64,000 nt of DNA from an uncultured Coriobacteriaceae bacterium (lineage in GTDB: Bacteria; Actinomycetota; Coriobacteriia; Coriobacteriales; UMGS124). The position numbers and the translations under genes are program-made. Below are positions 1-8,571 of this stretch, in pieces (within the stretch, counting starts at the first letter, position 1; the number at the start of each line of letters is the position of its first letter). The stretch lies in NCBI GenBank assembly GCA_900539345.1, contig UQBS01000007.1, forward strand, positions 8,246 to 72,245, in the 5' to 3' direction. The notes beneath the pieces are model-generated. The model searched no databases, was not told the origin of the DNA, and saw nothing but the letters and a program-made list of their open reading frames with translations.

Positions 1-219
1 CCCACTATCGAAGACGACGTGACCATCTACTCCAACGCCAGCGTCCTGGGCGGCCAGACCGTCGTGGGCAAGGGCGCCATCATCGCGGGCAGCGCCTTTG
101 TCACCGAGTCGGTGCCGGCCTATGCCCGCGTGAGTCTCAAAAACCAGGAGGTCGTGGTGCGCACACGCTCCGACGCCAAGCCCGCTCAGCCCGAGCCTGC
201 TCCCACCTGGGAGATTTAA
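1..219 (+). CDS. Hexapeptide-repeat acetyltransferase, serine O-acetyltransferase (CysE/EpsC)-like; C-terminal fragment with its 5' end outside the window
   Basis: The frame is open from base 1 (PTIEDD...) and continuous with ORF 19..219. TIYSNASVLGGQTVVGKGAIIAGSAFVTESVP is a left-handed beta-helix hexapeptide pattern typical of CysE-type enzymes. Confidence 0.55.
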   Translation, partial: PTIEDDVTIYSNASVLGGQTVVGKGAIIAGSAFVTESVPAYARVSLKNQEVVVRTRSDAKPAQPEPAPTWEI

Positions 220-327
220 ACTATCCAACAAGGTTCTGGCGCTTCTTTGGAGAAGGCCGGAGGCGCATATCCTCCGGGTATCATGTACGCACATGTACAC
301 GTCGATTTATCCCAAGGAATGAGGAAC

Positions 328-1029
328 ATGTCGTCTCTTTCACTGAGCAACAGCCATGAGCAGCGTCTGGAGGAGCGCTCGGTCGCCAATGCACACGGCC
401 AAATCGTCTCCGACCGCACCTACAACATGGTTCTTGGCCTCACCGTGCTGTGGGGTCTGGGCATCAACGCCATCATGTGCGCCACCATGGGCGACTTCGC
501 GATGAGCATGAACCCCATCGCTTTCACGATTTTTTACCTGGTGTGCTGCATCGCCGGCCTTCTGATTGCCTACAAGTCGGACAACCCGCTTATCAGCTTT
601 GTGGGCTACAACATGGTCGTCATCCCGCTGGGCCTAGAGATTGCCTGCATCGTTGCCATGGTGGGCGGCATCAACACCGACATCGTAATGTACGCCTTCG
701 TGGACACGCTCCTCATCACGGGCATCATGGTCATCGCGAGCCTGGCATTCCCCAACTTCTTCGCCAAGATTGGCGGCCTGCTCTTCGCCGGCCTCATCGG
801 TGTGCTTATCGTCTCGCTTATCACCATGCTCATTGGTGGCAGCGGCGTTTGGATTTCGGTCATCTGCGCCGTGCTCTTCAGCCTCTACATTGGCTTCGAC
901 TACTGGCGCAGCCAGCAGTACGCCAAGACGATCGATAACGCCGTCGACAGCGCCATCGACATCTACATGGACATCGCCCTGCTCTTCATCCATCTCGTTC
1001 AGATTTTCGCAAACAACAACAGGGACTAA
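328..1029 (+). CDS. BAX inhibitor-1 / YccA family integral membrane protein
   Basis: ORF 247..1029 starts at TTG in the track. An in-frame ATG at 328 is preceded by AAGGA. The protein has multiple hydrophobic helices, and the C-terminal GFDYWRSQQYAKTIDNAVDSAIDIYMDIALLFIHLVQIF resembles the BI-1/YccA signature. The start codon is uncertain. Confidence 0.72.
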   Translation: MSSLSLSNSHEQRLEERSVANAHGQIVSDRTYNMVLGLTVLWGLGINAIMCATMGDFAMSMNPIAFTIFYLVCCIAGLLIAYKSDNPLISFVGYNMVVIPLGLEIACIVAMVGGINTDIVMYAFVDTLLITGIMVIASLAFPNFFAKIGGLLFAGLIGVLIVSLITMLIGGSGVWISVICAVLFSLYIGFDYWRSQQYAKTIDNAVDSAIDIYMDIALLFIHLVQIFANNNRD

Positions 1030-1058
1030 TCGCCCATCTCACATCGCGCCACGTCCTT

Positions 1059-1095
1059 AAGGCTGTCTGCCACCTCTGGCAGACAGCCTTTTTTC
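1059..1095 (+). terminator. Rho-independent terminator after the BI-1 gene
   Basis: AAGGCTGTCTGCC (1059-1071) pairs with GGCAGACAGCCTT (1078-1090) and is followed by a T6 run. Confidence 0.7.
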
Positions 1096-1288
1096 ATGCC
1101 GTGCGGCAACCCCATCGCATCCCATTTTGAACGCGTCGTCAGGCCAGCCCGGCCCCGACTCCGAAGCCACCAAGTCCCTTCCGCAATCGAGGAGTCCCCC
1201 TCCCCTTGCGCCCCCGAGCCCAACGCCCTTAAAGCCCCCAACGCGATTCGCGGCCGAGCGGGTCTAGAAGCCCCCCACGCATGCAAGA

Positions 1289-1371
1289 GGCTCCCCGAAT
1301 GGTCCAAGCGCAGTTTTGCAGCCGCGCCCTTCGCGGCGAAACTGTTTGAGCATTGGACCATTCGGGGAGCC
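1289..1371 (+). repeat. Family-B long hairpin element, copy B1
   Basis: A perfect 18-bp inverted repeat, GGCTCCCCGAATGGTCCA / TGGACCATTCGGGGAGCC, encloses the core GCGCAGTTTT-[GCCGCG cccTT CGCGGC]-GAAACTGTTTGAGCA. The same core recurs at 6233-6314. It lies 29 nt downstream of the icd stop codon. Confidence 0.8.
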
Positions 1372-1399
1372 CCCGGAAGACACACGAGCAGAAAGGCTT

Positions 1400-2602
1400 C
1401 TAACCCCTCAACCTCCCCGCAATCGCCCCGATGAAGTCGCGCGTATTGAGCGTCGTGGGGTTTTCCAGCGTCGTGATGCGCGCAAGGTCGCCCGTCATCT
1501 CGCCGGCCTCGATGGTGTCGATCGTGGCCTTCTCCAGGCGGTTTGCAAAGTCAACGAGCTCAGACAGCCCGTCGAGCTCGCCGCGCTTGCGCAGGGCGCC
1601 CGACCAGGCAAAGATGGTGGCCACCGAGTTGGTCGAGGTCTCCTGGCCGGCAAGGTGCTTGTAGTAGTGGCGCTGCACCGTACCGTGAGCGGCCTCGTAC
1701 TCGAAGGTGCCATCGGGGCTCACGAGCACCGAGGTCATCATGGCAAGCGAGCCAAAGGCGCTCGACACCATGTCGCTCATAACGTCGCCGTCGTAGTTCT
1801 TGCAGGCCCAGATGAAACCGCCTTCGGCCTTCATGACGCGCGCCACGGCGTCGTCGATGAGGGTGTAAAAGTACGTGATACCCGCCTCGTCAAAACGAGC
1901 CTTGTACTCGGTGTCAAAGATCTCCTGGAATATATCCTTGAAGCGGTGGTCATACTTCTTGGAAATGGTGTCCTTCGTGGCGAACCAAACGTCCTGCTTG
2001 ATGGCAAGCGCGTACTCGAAGCAGCAGTGGGCGAAGCTCTCGATGGAGCCATCGAGGTTGTGCATGCCCTGCACCACGCCCGGCTCCTTGAAGTCGTGCA
2101 CCAGCTCGCGCGTCTCAGTGCCGTCCTCAGCCGTGTAGACAAGCTCCACCTTGCCGGGGCCGGGAATGCGCATCTCGGCGTTGCGGTACACATCGCCATA
2201 GGCGTGACGGGCAAGCGTGATGGGCTTGGTCCAGTTGCGCACGCAAGGCTCGATGCCCTTGACCACGATGGGCGTGCGGAAGACGGTGCCGTCAAGCATG
2301 GCGCGGATGGTGCCGTTGGGGCTCTTCCACATCTGCTTGAGGCCGTACTCCTCCACGCGCGCGGCATTGGGCGTGATGGTGGCGCACTTCACGGCCACAC
2401 CCAGGCGCTTCGTGGCGAGCGCGGAGTCCACCGTCACCTGGTCGTCGGTCTCATCGCGATGCTTGAGGCCCAGGTCGTAGTACTCGCTCTTGAGGTCGAC
2501 GAAGGGGCAGATGAGCTCATCTTTGATCAGCTGCCAGATGATGCGAGTCATCTCGTCGCCGTCCATCTCAACAAGCGGCGTGGTCATCTGAATCTTTGCC
2601 AT
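1400..2602 (-). CDS. icd: NADP-dependent isocitrate dehydrogenase (eukaryote-like subfamily II, about 400 aa)
   Basis: A 400-aa [34 protein letters not shown]...VKCATITPN...NYDGDVMSD matches the IDH1/2-type family end to end. AGGAG lies upstream of the ATG at 2602. Confidence 0.95.
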   Translation of the reverse strand: MAKIQMTTPLVEMDGDEMTRIIWQLIKDELICPFVDLKSEYYDLGLKHRDETDDQVTVDSALATKRLGVAVKCATITPNAARVEEYGLKQMWKSPNGTIRAMLDGTVFRTPIVVKGIEPCVRNWTKPITLARHAYGDVYRNAEMRIPGPGKVELVYTAEDGTETRELVHDFKEPGVVQGMHNLDGSIESFAHCCFEYALAIKQDVWFATKDTISKKYDHRFKDIFQEIFDTEYKARFDEAGITYFYTLIDDAVARVMKAEGGFIWACKNYDGDVMSDMVSSAFGSLAMMTSVLVSPDGTFEYEAAHGTVQRHYYKHLAGQETSTNSVATIFAWSGALRKRGELDGLSELVDFANRLEKATIDTIEAGEMTGDLARITTLENPTTLNTRDFIGAIAGRLRG

Positions 2603-2731
2603 GCGAGGTCTCCTTCCAGGTGCTCAGACAATGTCCCCGCCCATGATACGTTGCCGACGCCCCAGGCCCACCGCGCATCCCCCACCCGTCACCTGTTCGA
2701 AACCAAGTACCACAGTGGCTCCGTATACAGG

Positions 2732-3013
2732 CTATATCCCAAGGAGGTCCGCATGCGTTCCAGTACGCGCGGCGGTGAGAATAAGGTTGTTGCCATCGAT
2801 TCGATAGATTAAGAGCCAATCAGGCTCGATATGGCATTCCCTATGTCCGCGATAGTTGCCAACAAGCTGATGGTCTCTCATTGCCTCCGGAAGAGCTTGG
2901 CCCGCGCAAAGGAGCCGCAGCGTTTCTTCAAGTTTGCTCATATTTCGGCCACGCTTCCTTGCGAGCTTATAGTCCTTCTTGAACTGAGCGGTGTACTCAA
3001 GCGCGTACACCAT
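2732..3013 (-). CDS. yafQ: Type II toxin, YafQ/RelE-family mRNA interferase
   Basis: A 93-aa ORF. YKLARKRGRNMSKL...HQLVGNYRGHRECHIEPDWLLIYRI...RTGTHADLLG is collinear with E. coli YafQ. It starts 3 nt after the antitoxin stop codon. Confidence 0.85.
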   Translation of the reverse strand: MVYALEYTAQFKKDYKLARKRGRNMSKLEETLRLLCAGQALPEAMRDHQLVGNYRGHRECHIEPDWLLIYRIDGNNLILTAARTGTHADLLGI

Positions 3014-3016
3014 AGC

Positions 3017-3313
3017 CTACTCCTCGTCCAGGGAAGCCATCATCGCCTCGACGCTGTCAAAAGGACCGGTAACGTTACGGCCCGTCACTGCATCGTCCAT
3101 TGCCGCAAGCGTCTCAGGCGAAAAGCCTTCAGGATTCGCTGAATCAAAGGGCAGGCCGCCTCTGCGATTGAACGCAGAAACAAACATGCGCAAGGCATTG
3201 GCCGGCGTCGTTCCAATGGCCGAACAGGTTTTGAGAAACTGCTCTTTCTCCGACTTCGTCACCTTAGTAGAAAGAGGCGCATTGACCAGTACTGCTGAGC
3301 CAGGCATTAGCAT
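3017..3313 (-). CDS. dinJ: Type II antitoxin, RelB/DinJ family
   Basis: A 98-aa ORF with an N-terminal ribbon-helix-helix-like segment (STKVTKSEKEQFLKTCSAIGTTPANALRMFVSAFNRRGGLPF), positioned immediately upstream of yafQ. Confidence 0.8.
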   Translation of the reverse strand: MLMPGSAVLVNAPLSTKVTKSEKEQFLKTCSAIGTTPANALRMFVSAFNRRGGLPFDSANPEGFSPETLAAMDDAVTGRNVTGPFDSVEAMMASLDEE

Positions 3314-3347
3314 CGCCGCCTAAAACGAACGGAAGTAATTTAGAATA

Positions 3348-3380
3348 TATGCTATTGTATCCTATTAGAAGCTAATAGCA
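3348..3380 (-). promoter_or_regulatory. Candidate operator and promoter of the dinJ-yafQ operon
   Basis: In the AT-rich stretch upstream of dinJ there are nested inverted repeats: CTATTAG (3362-3368) N3 CTAATAG (3372-3378), inside GCTATT...AATAGC. This is the typical position for antitoxin autoregulation. Confidence 0.4.
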
Positions 3381-3444
3381 ACTCTTTCCTTATAGACCAG
3401 TCAAGCCCACCAGTTTTGAAAACCTGGGATGCATCCAGTTCATG

Positions 3445-4575
3445 TCACCGACTTTTACGATGCTCGATTACGTACTCAGCAGCAGACTTCACATAAGAGG
3501 GATTGAACCACAACCAGATGTGCTCATCGAGGTAATCTTCTATGACCTTGTTGACCTCCTGTAGGCACTCAATCTTGTCGGAATCGAAGCAGAGCACCGG
3601 AAGAGGTCTGTTGGCGTGGACGTAGTTGCATCTAAAACCATACCCAATGCCCAACATGAGATATGTGAGCGGGGTGCAACGAGGGCGATTGCTGCTCGCT
3701 GTTTTACTGTCTTTGTTCTCCATTACTGAAACCCACGAGTCAATTACCCTGTTATCAAGAGGTTTCACCCCGTGCTGTCTGCAAGATGAACGAACAAACC
3801 GCGTAACGGCCTTGTTGTTGTCGTCCTTTGGCAAGAGCCAGAGGCACTTTTGTTCCTCCGGTACCTCTCTATCCAACCACATAGCCAGGCAGTCAATACA
3901 GTTGGATTCACCGTAAGGCTTGGAGGACTTGCCGAGTAGCAGCCAAACAGCATTGGCCAGGAATCCATAGATGCCGTTCAATGCCATCCAAAGATTGACG
4001 AACCGATCTGCGACATTCTCCTTGCTCTTGGCGAGAACAAGGGCCCATAGCGAGCTGAACAAACGCTCGTACGTAATCTCAGCCTCGGGCCCCAACTTGC
4101 ATTTACCCGCTTTGCTGCTATTGAGATACCAACGGACTCTATCAGGTTCGATACTTATTCCTCCAGAAGCAGCAGGCAGACGCATCGCGATGCAGTCGAG
4201 TCCACAAGGCTCGCTTTCTATAAGCATGCCTTGTGGACTCTGCCGCTGAATACAAACCCTCGCCCAATAATTCCCGTTAATCAATCGTCCATATCTAAAT
4301 GCATGAAGCGCCGACGCCTTCAGAATCCCATCGCGAATGAGAAGCCCGCGCAGCCCCAGGCGAGCCATCTCATCCGCTTCTTTCTGCTCCTCGCCAGCTG
4401 CAATGTTCGCGTCAAACGACAGGGAAGCATAGCCTTCGGAAAGCATGAGAGATATTCCGGTCATCCTACCAAATGCGTAAGGCTCATAGACATAGTCCCA
4501 ACCCGTCATCTGGAATGGTTGGACGTAAGCCTCAGCATCCCGGCAGATTTGAAATTCAACGCGACCTTTCGCCAT
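3445..4575 (-). CDS. Hypothetical protein with a C-terminal HEPN-like Rx4H motif (possible Abi/defence-type RNase; function unproven)
   Basis: A 376-aa ORF with an ATG start in the lower-GC islet. The C-terminal helical region carries FVNLWMALNGIY and GFRCNYVHANRP; the R and H codons lie at 3631-3633 and 3616-3618. It starts 33 nt downstream of the preceding gene. Confidence 0.6.
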   Translation of the reverse strand: MAKGRVEFQICRDAEAYVQPFQMTGWDYVYEPYAFGRMTGISLMLSEGYASLSFDANIAAGEEQKEADEMARLGLRGLLIRDGILKASALHAFRYGRLINGNYWARVCIQRQSPQGMLIESEPCGLDCIAMRLPAASGGISIEPDRVRWYLNSSKAGKCKLGPEAEITYERLFSSLWALVLAKSKENVADRFVNLWMALNGIYGFLANAVWLLLGKSSKPYGESNCIDCLAMWLDREVPEEQKCLWLLPKDDNNKAVTRFVRSSCRQHGVKPLDNRVIDSWVSVMENKDSKTASSNRPRCTPLTYLMLGIGYGFRCNYVHANRPLPVLCFDSDKIECLQEVNKVIEDYLDEHIWLWFNPSYVKSAAEYVIEHRKSR

Positions 4576-4608
4576 GATTGGATGGTCCGCGAATGCCGAG
4601 TCAAATCT

Positions 4609-5679
4609 TTACTTCACACTATCTGAAGACTCAGCTGAGGCAACCCATATAACAGGACGGACTCCCAGAATAGCGTCCGGCCACCACTCTCCGTCACCAG
4701 TATCCGTATTGTAGGCATCATAGAGGTGCACTACTCCCAACGTAAACCCCGCTTCATCCCCATGGATTGCCCACCACCAAGGTATATTCGCCCACTTTTC
4801 ATCATCTTTTACGCCATTTTCGCGAGCATATGAGGTCAGTTCAACTGGATAGAGCATGGGCCGATATGTATCAACATCTGAAAATGTAAGAAGCGAAACC
4901 GTATCCTTTAAGTCATAAGCAGGGCCTATAAACTTCTCGTCCTCTGCTCCTGAACCCAAGTTCTCTTCCAGTAGTTCAGACCTTTCCTCAGCCGTAAACG
5001 ATTCTTCAAGAAACACACCATTTAGCCAGGCACGAAGGGTTGATGTACACCATAGACTGAACGAATGCTCATCAAACGGTTTCCCGTCAATTACGTCCTT
5101 CGTTACCAGCAGCGTCCCTTCATCGGTCCTATCGAGAACAATCCACTCGAGAGGCTCGGCGCCGTTTGATTCGTTACCGTCCTGTTCGTAAGAGCCATAC
5201 TCAACAATGTCGCCAATCTGAGCGTTTCGGACTTTTTGGACAGGGTTGTCGTTAGCAATAGCAGTTCGGGCGGCAATAACGGCAACAACCGCAATGACAC
5301 AAATCACCAGCGCAACAATGACCATCCTGATGCGCTTGCGCTTTGCCCTATACAGCGAGACAGCGCTCTCCGTCAGCGTCTTCAATTCATTAGAATGCTC
5401 ATCATCGCTGAAACGAAGGGCGTTCTTATACGACTGATGGCCCGTATAGTCCAATGCAATCGTGCCAAGGCCTTCTTGGTTCTTGACATGAACCTCAGCC
5501 ATAAGCTGAGCCAGATATGCGTCAGCACACTCTGGGTCAATATCGAGGACGTCGGAACAACGGGCAAGAGCCTCTTGCCATTTGCCTTCTTCGAGAAGCA
5601 GGTCAATCCTTCGCAAAAGCGTATCGATGCGAGTCTTTGGGGTCGCTTCGTTTTCGGTCGTTGACATGGAGGTCCTCAT
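4609..5679 (-). CDS. TPR-like / single-TM / DUF6273-domain protein
   Basis: A 356-aa ORF. The N-terminal helical repeat (GKWQEALARCSDVLDIDPECADAYL) is followed by one TM helix (IRMVIVALVICVIAVVAVIAA). After that comes GDIVEYGSYEQ...PLEWIVLDR...LRAWLNGVFLEESFTAEE, characteristic of DUF6273. An alternative ATG lies at 5667. Confidence 0.72.
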   Translation of the reverse strand: MRTSMSTTENEATPKTRIDTLLRRIDLLLEEGKWQEALARCSDVLDIDPECADAYLAQLMAEVHVKNQEGLGTIALDYTGHQSYKNALRFSDDEHSNELKTLTESAVSLYRAKRKRIRMVIVALVICVIAVVAVIAARTAIANDNPVQKVRNAQIGDIVEYGSYEQDGNESNGAEPLEWIVLDRTDEGTLLVTKDVIDGKPFDEHSFSLWCTSTLRAWLNGVFLEESFTAEERSELLEENLGSGAEDEKFIGPAYDLKDTVSLLTFSDVDTYRPMLYPVELTSYARENGVKDDEKWANIPWWWAIHGDEAGFTLGVVHLYDAYNTDTGDGEWWPDAILGVRPVIWVASAESSDSVK

Positions 5680-5715
5680 CTCTCGGCATGGAGCCTAATC
5701 CCAAAATGCCGCTTC

Positions 5716-5742
5716 AGAGTACCCCCCCCCCTCGCTTGTCAA
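5716..5742 (-). promoter_or_regulatory. Candidate promoter with a G10 homopolymer spacer
   Basis: On the minus strand the sequence reads TTGACA (5742-5737), AGCGA, G10 (5731-5722) and TACTCT (5721-5716). The spacer is 15 nt. The site lies about 35-50 nt upstream of the 5679/5667 start codons. Confidence 0.4.
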
Positions 5743-5898
5743 CGGCTATTCGTGCTTCAGTCGCAAATAGCCCGTCAAGCATTCCAGCTTGGACTGCAAG
5801 GCATTCGCGCACGAAAGTCCACCCTCAAACGAGCAATAGGAAGCATCACACGATTGCATCTATCAGCGCATAGAGCTCTCGCAGGATTGTTCGATTAG

Positions 5899-6129
5899 TT
5901 AAGCGGCTTGCCTGGCAAGCGCGTCCACAAGTTCCTTCTCCGAGGACACAAACTCATACGGCTCATACTCGCCGTATGCGGAAGACCTGGTAATGGTTAC
6001 CAACTGCAAGTCATTTGAACAGAAGCACTCTTCAATGCGACGTTTCATTTCAACCAAGTCCTGCCCAGCGCGCGTCCGCATTGCCAGGCAACCTGTTCTA
6101 CTGAACCACATGACGACAAGGTGGCACAT
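5899..6129 (-). CDS. Small hypothetical protein (76 aa)
   Basis: The ATG at 6129 is preceded by GAGGAG with an 8-nt spacer. I recognise no family. It lies in the lower-GC islet. Confidence 0.45.
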   Translation of the reverse strand: MCHLVVMWFSRTGCLAMRTRAGQDLVEMKRRIEECFCSNDLQLVTITRSSAYGEYEPYEFVSSEKELVDALARQAA

Positions 6130-6232
6130 ATCCCAATCTCCTCTTAAAACCGACTTCCGAGCGAATTCCCCCTGACTCGTAGAACCCACGGAGCGCCTGT
6201 CCTATGGCACGGGCTCAACGCTTATCAAACGT

Positions 6233-6314
6233 GGGCCGAAGGGCTGTTCAGGCGCAGTTTTTCGGCGCGGGTTATGCGCCGAAACTGTTTGAGCACTGAA
6301 CAGCCCTTCGGCCC
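6233..6314 (+). repeat. Family-B long hairpin element, copy B2
   Basis: A perfect 19-bp inverted repeat, GGGCCGAAGGGCTGTTCAG / CTGAACAGCCCTTCGGCCC, encloses GCGCAGTTTTT-[CGGCGC gggttat GCGCCG]-AAACTGTTTGAGCA. The core is shared with copy B1. Confidence 0.8.
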
Positions 6315-6356
6315 TAGGTGCGCATGGCAATCAGAGGCCGCCTCAATCGCTTGCAC

Positions 6357-6392
6357 AAAAAAAGGGCCCGAGGATTGCTCCTCGGGCCCTTT
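6357..6392 (-). terminator. Rho-independent terminator of the TRAP operon
   Basis: GGGCCCGAGGA (6364-6374) pairs with TCCTCGGGCCC (6379-6389). On the minus strand the hairpin is followed by a T7 run. Confidence 0.75.
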
Positions 6393-6427
6393 CGTAGCCA
6401 GCGTATGCAGATTGTCGCAAGCGCTTG

Positions 6428-8410
6428 CTATGCCGCAGGCAGGGCTTCCTTCTTCTTTGCCGTGAGGTACTGGAAGGCCACGACAGCCACGGCGACGGCG
6501 ATGCCGACGACGTCGCTTGCAATGCCGGGAATCATGGCGCACAGGCCACCGACGACAAGCGCAATGCGCAGCACGGGGTTGATCTTCTTGAAGAGGTGGC
6601 CGTTGAGGGCCGCCGCGATGCAGAAGAGGCCGAGCAGGGCGGTGACGCACACGAGCGCCATCTCAAACACCGATGCGTCGCCTTCGAAGAGCATGATCGG
6701 GTTGAAGGCGAAGATGTAGGGCACGATGAACGCCGCAATGGCGAGCTTCGTGGCGTTGACGGCGGTCTTCATCGGCTTGGACTTGGCGATTGCGCTGCCG
6801 GCGTAGGCGGCCAAGGCCACGGGCGGCGTGATGTCGGCCACGATGCCGAAGTAGAAGACGAAGAAGTGCGCGGCAACCACCGGGATGCCCAGCTGAATGA
6901 GGATGGGCGCACACGTGGAGGCCATGATGCAGTAGTTGGCCGTGGTGGGAACGCCCATGCCCAGAACGATGCAGCACACCATGGTGAGCAGCAGGCCCAG
7001 GATGGTGGCGTCACCGGCGATGGCGACGATACCGTTGATGAGCACGGAGGCAAGACCGGTCAGCGTGATGCAGCCAGCGATAAGGCCGGCCATGGCGCAG
7101 GCAACGCCCACCGACACGGCGCTCTTGGCACCGGCCTGGAAAGCCTCAAAGGCCTGCTTCAGGGCGAACATCGTGGTCTCGGCAAACACCTGGCCAATCG
7201 TCTGGCCCTCGGCACGCTCATGCAGGTTGTTCAGAAAGAAGTTGACATACCCGATGAGGAAGGCAGCGAAGATGGAGATGGCGGCCGACCAAGCCATGGT
7301 GCGGGCACCCGACGCGACGAGCCACACGAGCAGCACAAGCGGCAGCAGCAGGTAGCAGTTCTTGCCCAGATAGCGCCACGTGGGCAGGTCCTCACGCGAA
7401 AGGCCCTTGAGCCCGAGCTTCTTGGCCTCGAGGTGCACGGTGATGAAAATGCCGGCGAAGTACAGCACGGCGGGCAGGATGGCCTTGGCAGCCACGTCGA
7501 TGTAGGGAATGCCCATGTACTCGGCCATGAGGAATGCCGCCGCACCCATGATGGGGGGCATGATCTGGCCACCGGTGGAAGATGCTGCCTCAACGGCGCC
7601 GGCGAACTCGGGCTTGAAGCCGGTCTTCTTCATCATGGGGATGGTGACGGAGCCCGTGGTGACGGTGTTGCCCACCGAGGAGCCGCTCACCATGCCGCAC
7701 AGGGCGCTCGAGATGACAGCCACCTTTGCAGGGCCGCCGCTCGACCAGCCAGCAAGGCGGTTGGCCAGGGAGATGAAGAAGTTGGCGATGCCCGTGCGCT
7801 CCAGGAACGCGCCGAAGATGATGAAGAGCACGATGTAGGTGTAGCACACGTTGATGGGCGTGCCGATGACGCCGTTCACGCTGTAGAACAGGCGGCTGAT
7901 GATGTACTGGAACATCTTGAACGGGTCGGAGTTGTAGCCGCTGCGCCAAACCACGACGTAGATGAGCAGGGCGGCAACCACGATGAGAATCGGGATACCC
8001 ACGCAACGACGGCACAGCTCGAACAGCACGAGAATGCCCACGACGCCCATGACGATGAGCGGCAAGTCGATGCGGTTGTTCATCATGATGATGTCGTAGG
8101 CGTTGAACGCAAAGTAGAAGAACGAGCCTGCGCCCAGCACCATGAGAACGATGTCGTACCACGGGATGCGGTTGGGCTTGACGTGGTGCTTGTCGGCCGG
8201 GTAAATCAAGAAGCCGATGATAATGATGCAACCCAGGAACAGCGACAGGCGCGTCTCGGGCAACACGGTGCTGAAGAGCGTCATGTACAGGCAGTACACG
8301 GAGAACGCCGCCATGATGCAGCCGACAATGGTCTTGGGGATGCCCTGCCACACGCGTGTATTCGACTCGCGGTCGTACTTCTTCATCACCGCGTCGACAT
8401 CAGTCTGCAT
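6428..8410 (-). CDS. TRAP transporter fused (DctQ-DctM type, 4TM/12TM) permease, TAXI class
   Basis: A large polytopic ORF (689 aa in the track) with the architecture of TAXI-associated fused permeases. The likely ATG at 8410 (MQTDVDAVMKKYDRESNTR) follows GAGGAA. Confidence 0.88.
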   Translation of the reverse strand: MQTDVDAVMKKYDRESNTRVWQGIPKTIVGCIMAAFSVYCLYMTLFSTVLPETRLSLFLGCIIIIGFLIYPADKHHVKPNRIPWYDIVLMVLGAGSFFYFAFNAYDIIMMNNRIDLPLIVMGVVGILVLFELCRRCVGIPILIVVAALLIYVVVWRSGYNSDPFKMFQYIISRLFYSVNGVIGTPINVCYTYIVLFIIFGAFLERTGIANFFISLANRLAGWSSGGPAKVAVISSALCGMVSGSSVGNTVTTGSVTIPMMKKTGFKPEFAGAVEAASSTGGQIMPPIMGAAAFLMAEYMGIPYIDVAAKAILPAVLYFAGIFITVHLEAKKLGLKGLSREDLPTWRYLGKNCYLLLPLVLLVWLVASGARTMAWSAAISIFAAFLIGYVNFFLNNLHERAEGQTIGQVFAETTMFALKQAFEAFQAGAKSAVSVGVACAMAGLIAGCITLTGLASVLINGIVAIAGDATILGLLLTMVCCIVLGMGVPTTANYCIMASTCAPILIQLGIPVVAAHFFVFYFGIVADITPPVALAAYAGSAIAKSKPMKTAVNATKLAIAAFIVPYIFAFNPIMLFEGDASVFEMALVCVTALLGLFCIAAALNGHLFKKINPVLRIALVVGGLCAMIPGIASDVVGIAVAVAVVAFQYLTAKKKEALPAA

Positions 8411-8571
8411 TTCCTCGGCAGGAAGGGCGGTCTGGCTGGAATCTGCCACTTGTTTACACCTCCAAGAGTGTGAAAACGGATAGGTCACAAAACGCAAGGG
8501 AAGCCGCTGCAGTCAGGAGCAACCGCAGCGACTTCCGATTGTAGCGCAAGGAGAATTGGGAGAAGGCGAAG

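Noticed and set aside
1289-6314. The family-B copies as terminal repeats or att sites delimiting a mobile island that contains the lower-GC islet.
   Set aside because: The interval also contains the high-GC core gene icd. The arms of the two copies are unrelated, both copies are in direct orientation at the 3' ends of genes, and no integrase or transposase is present.
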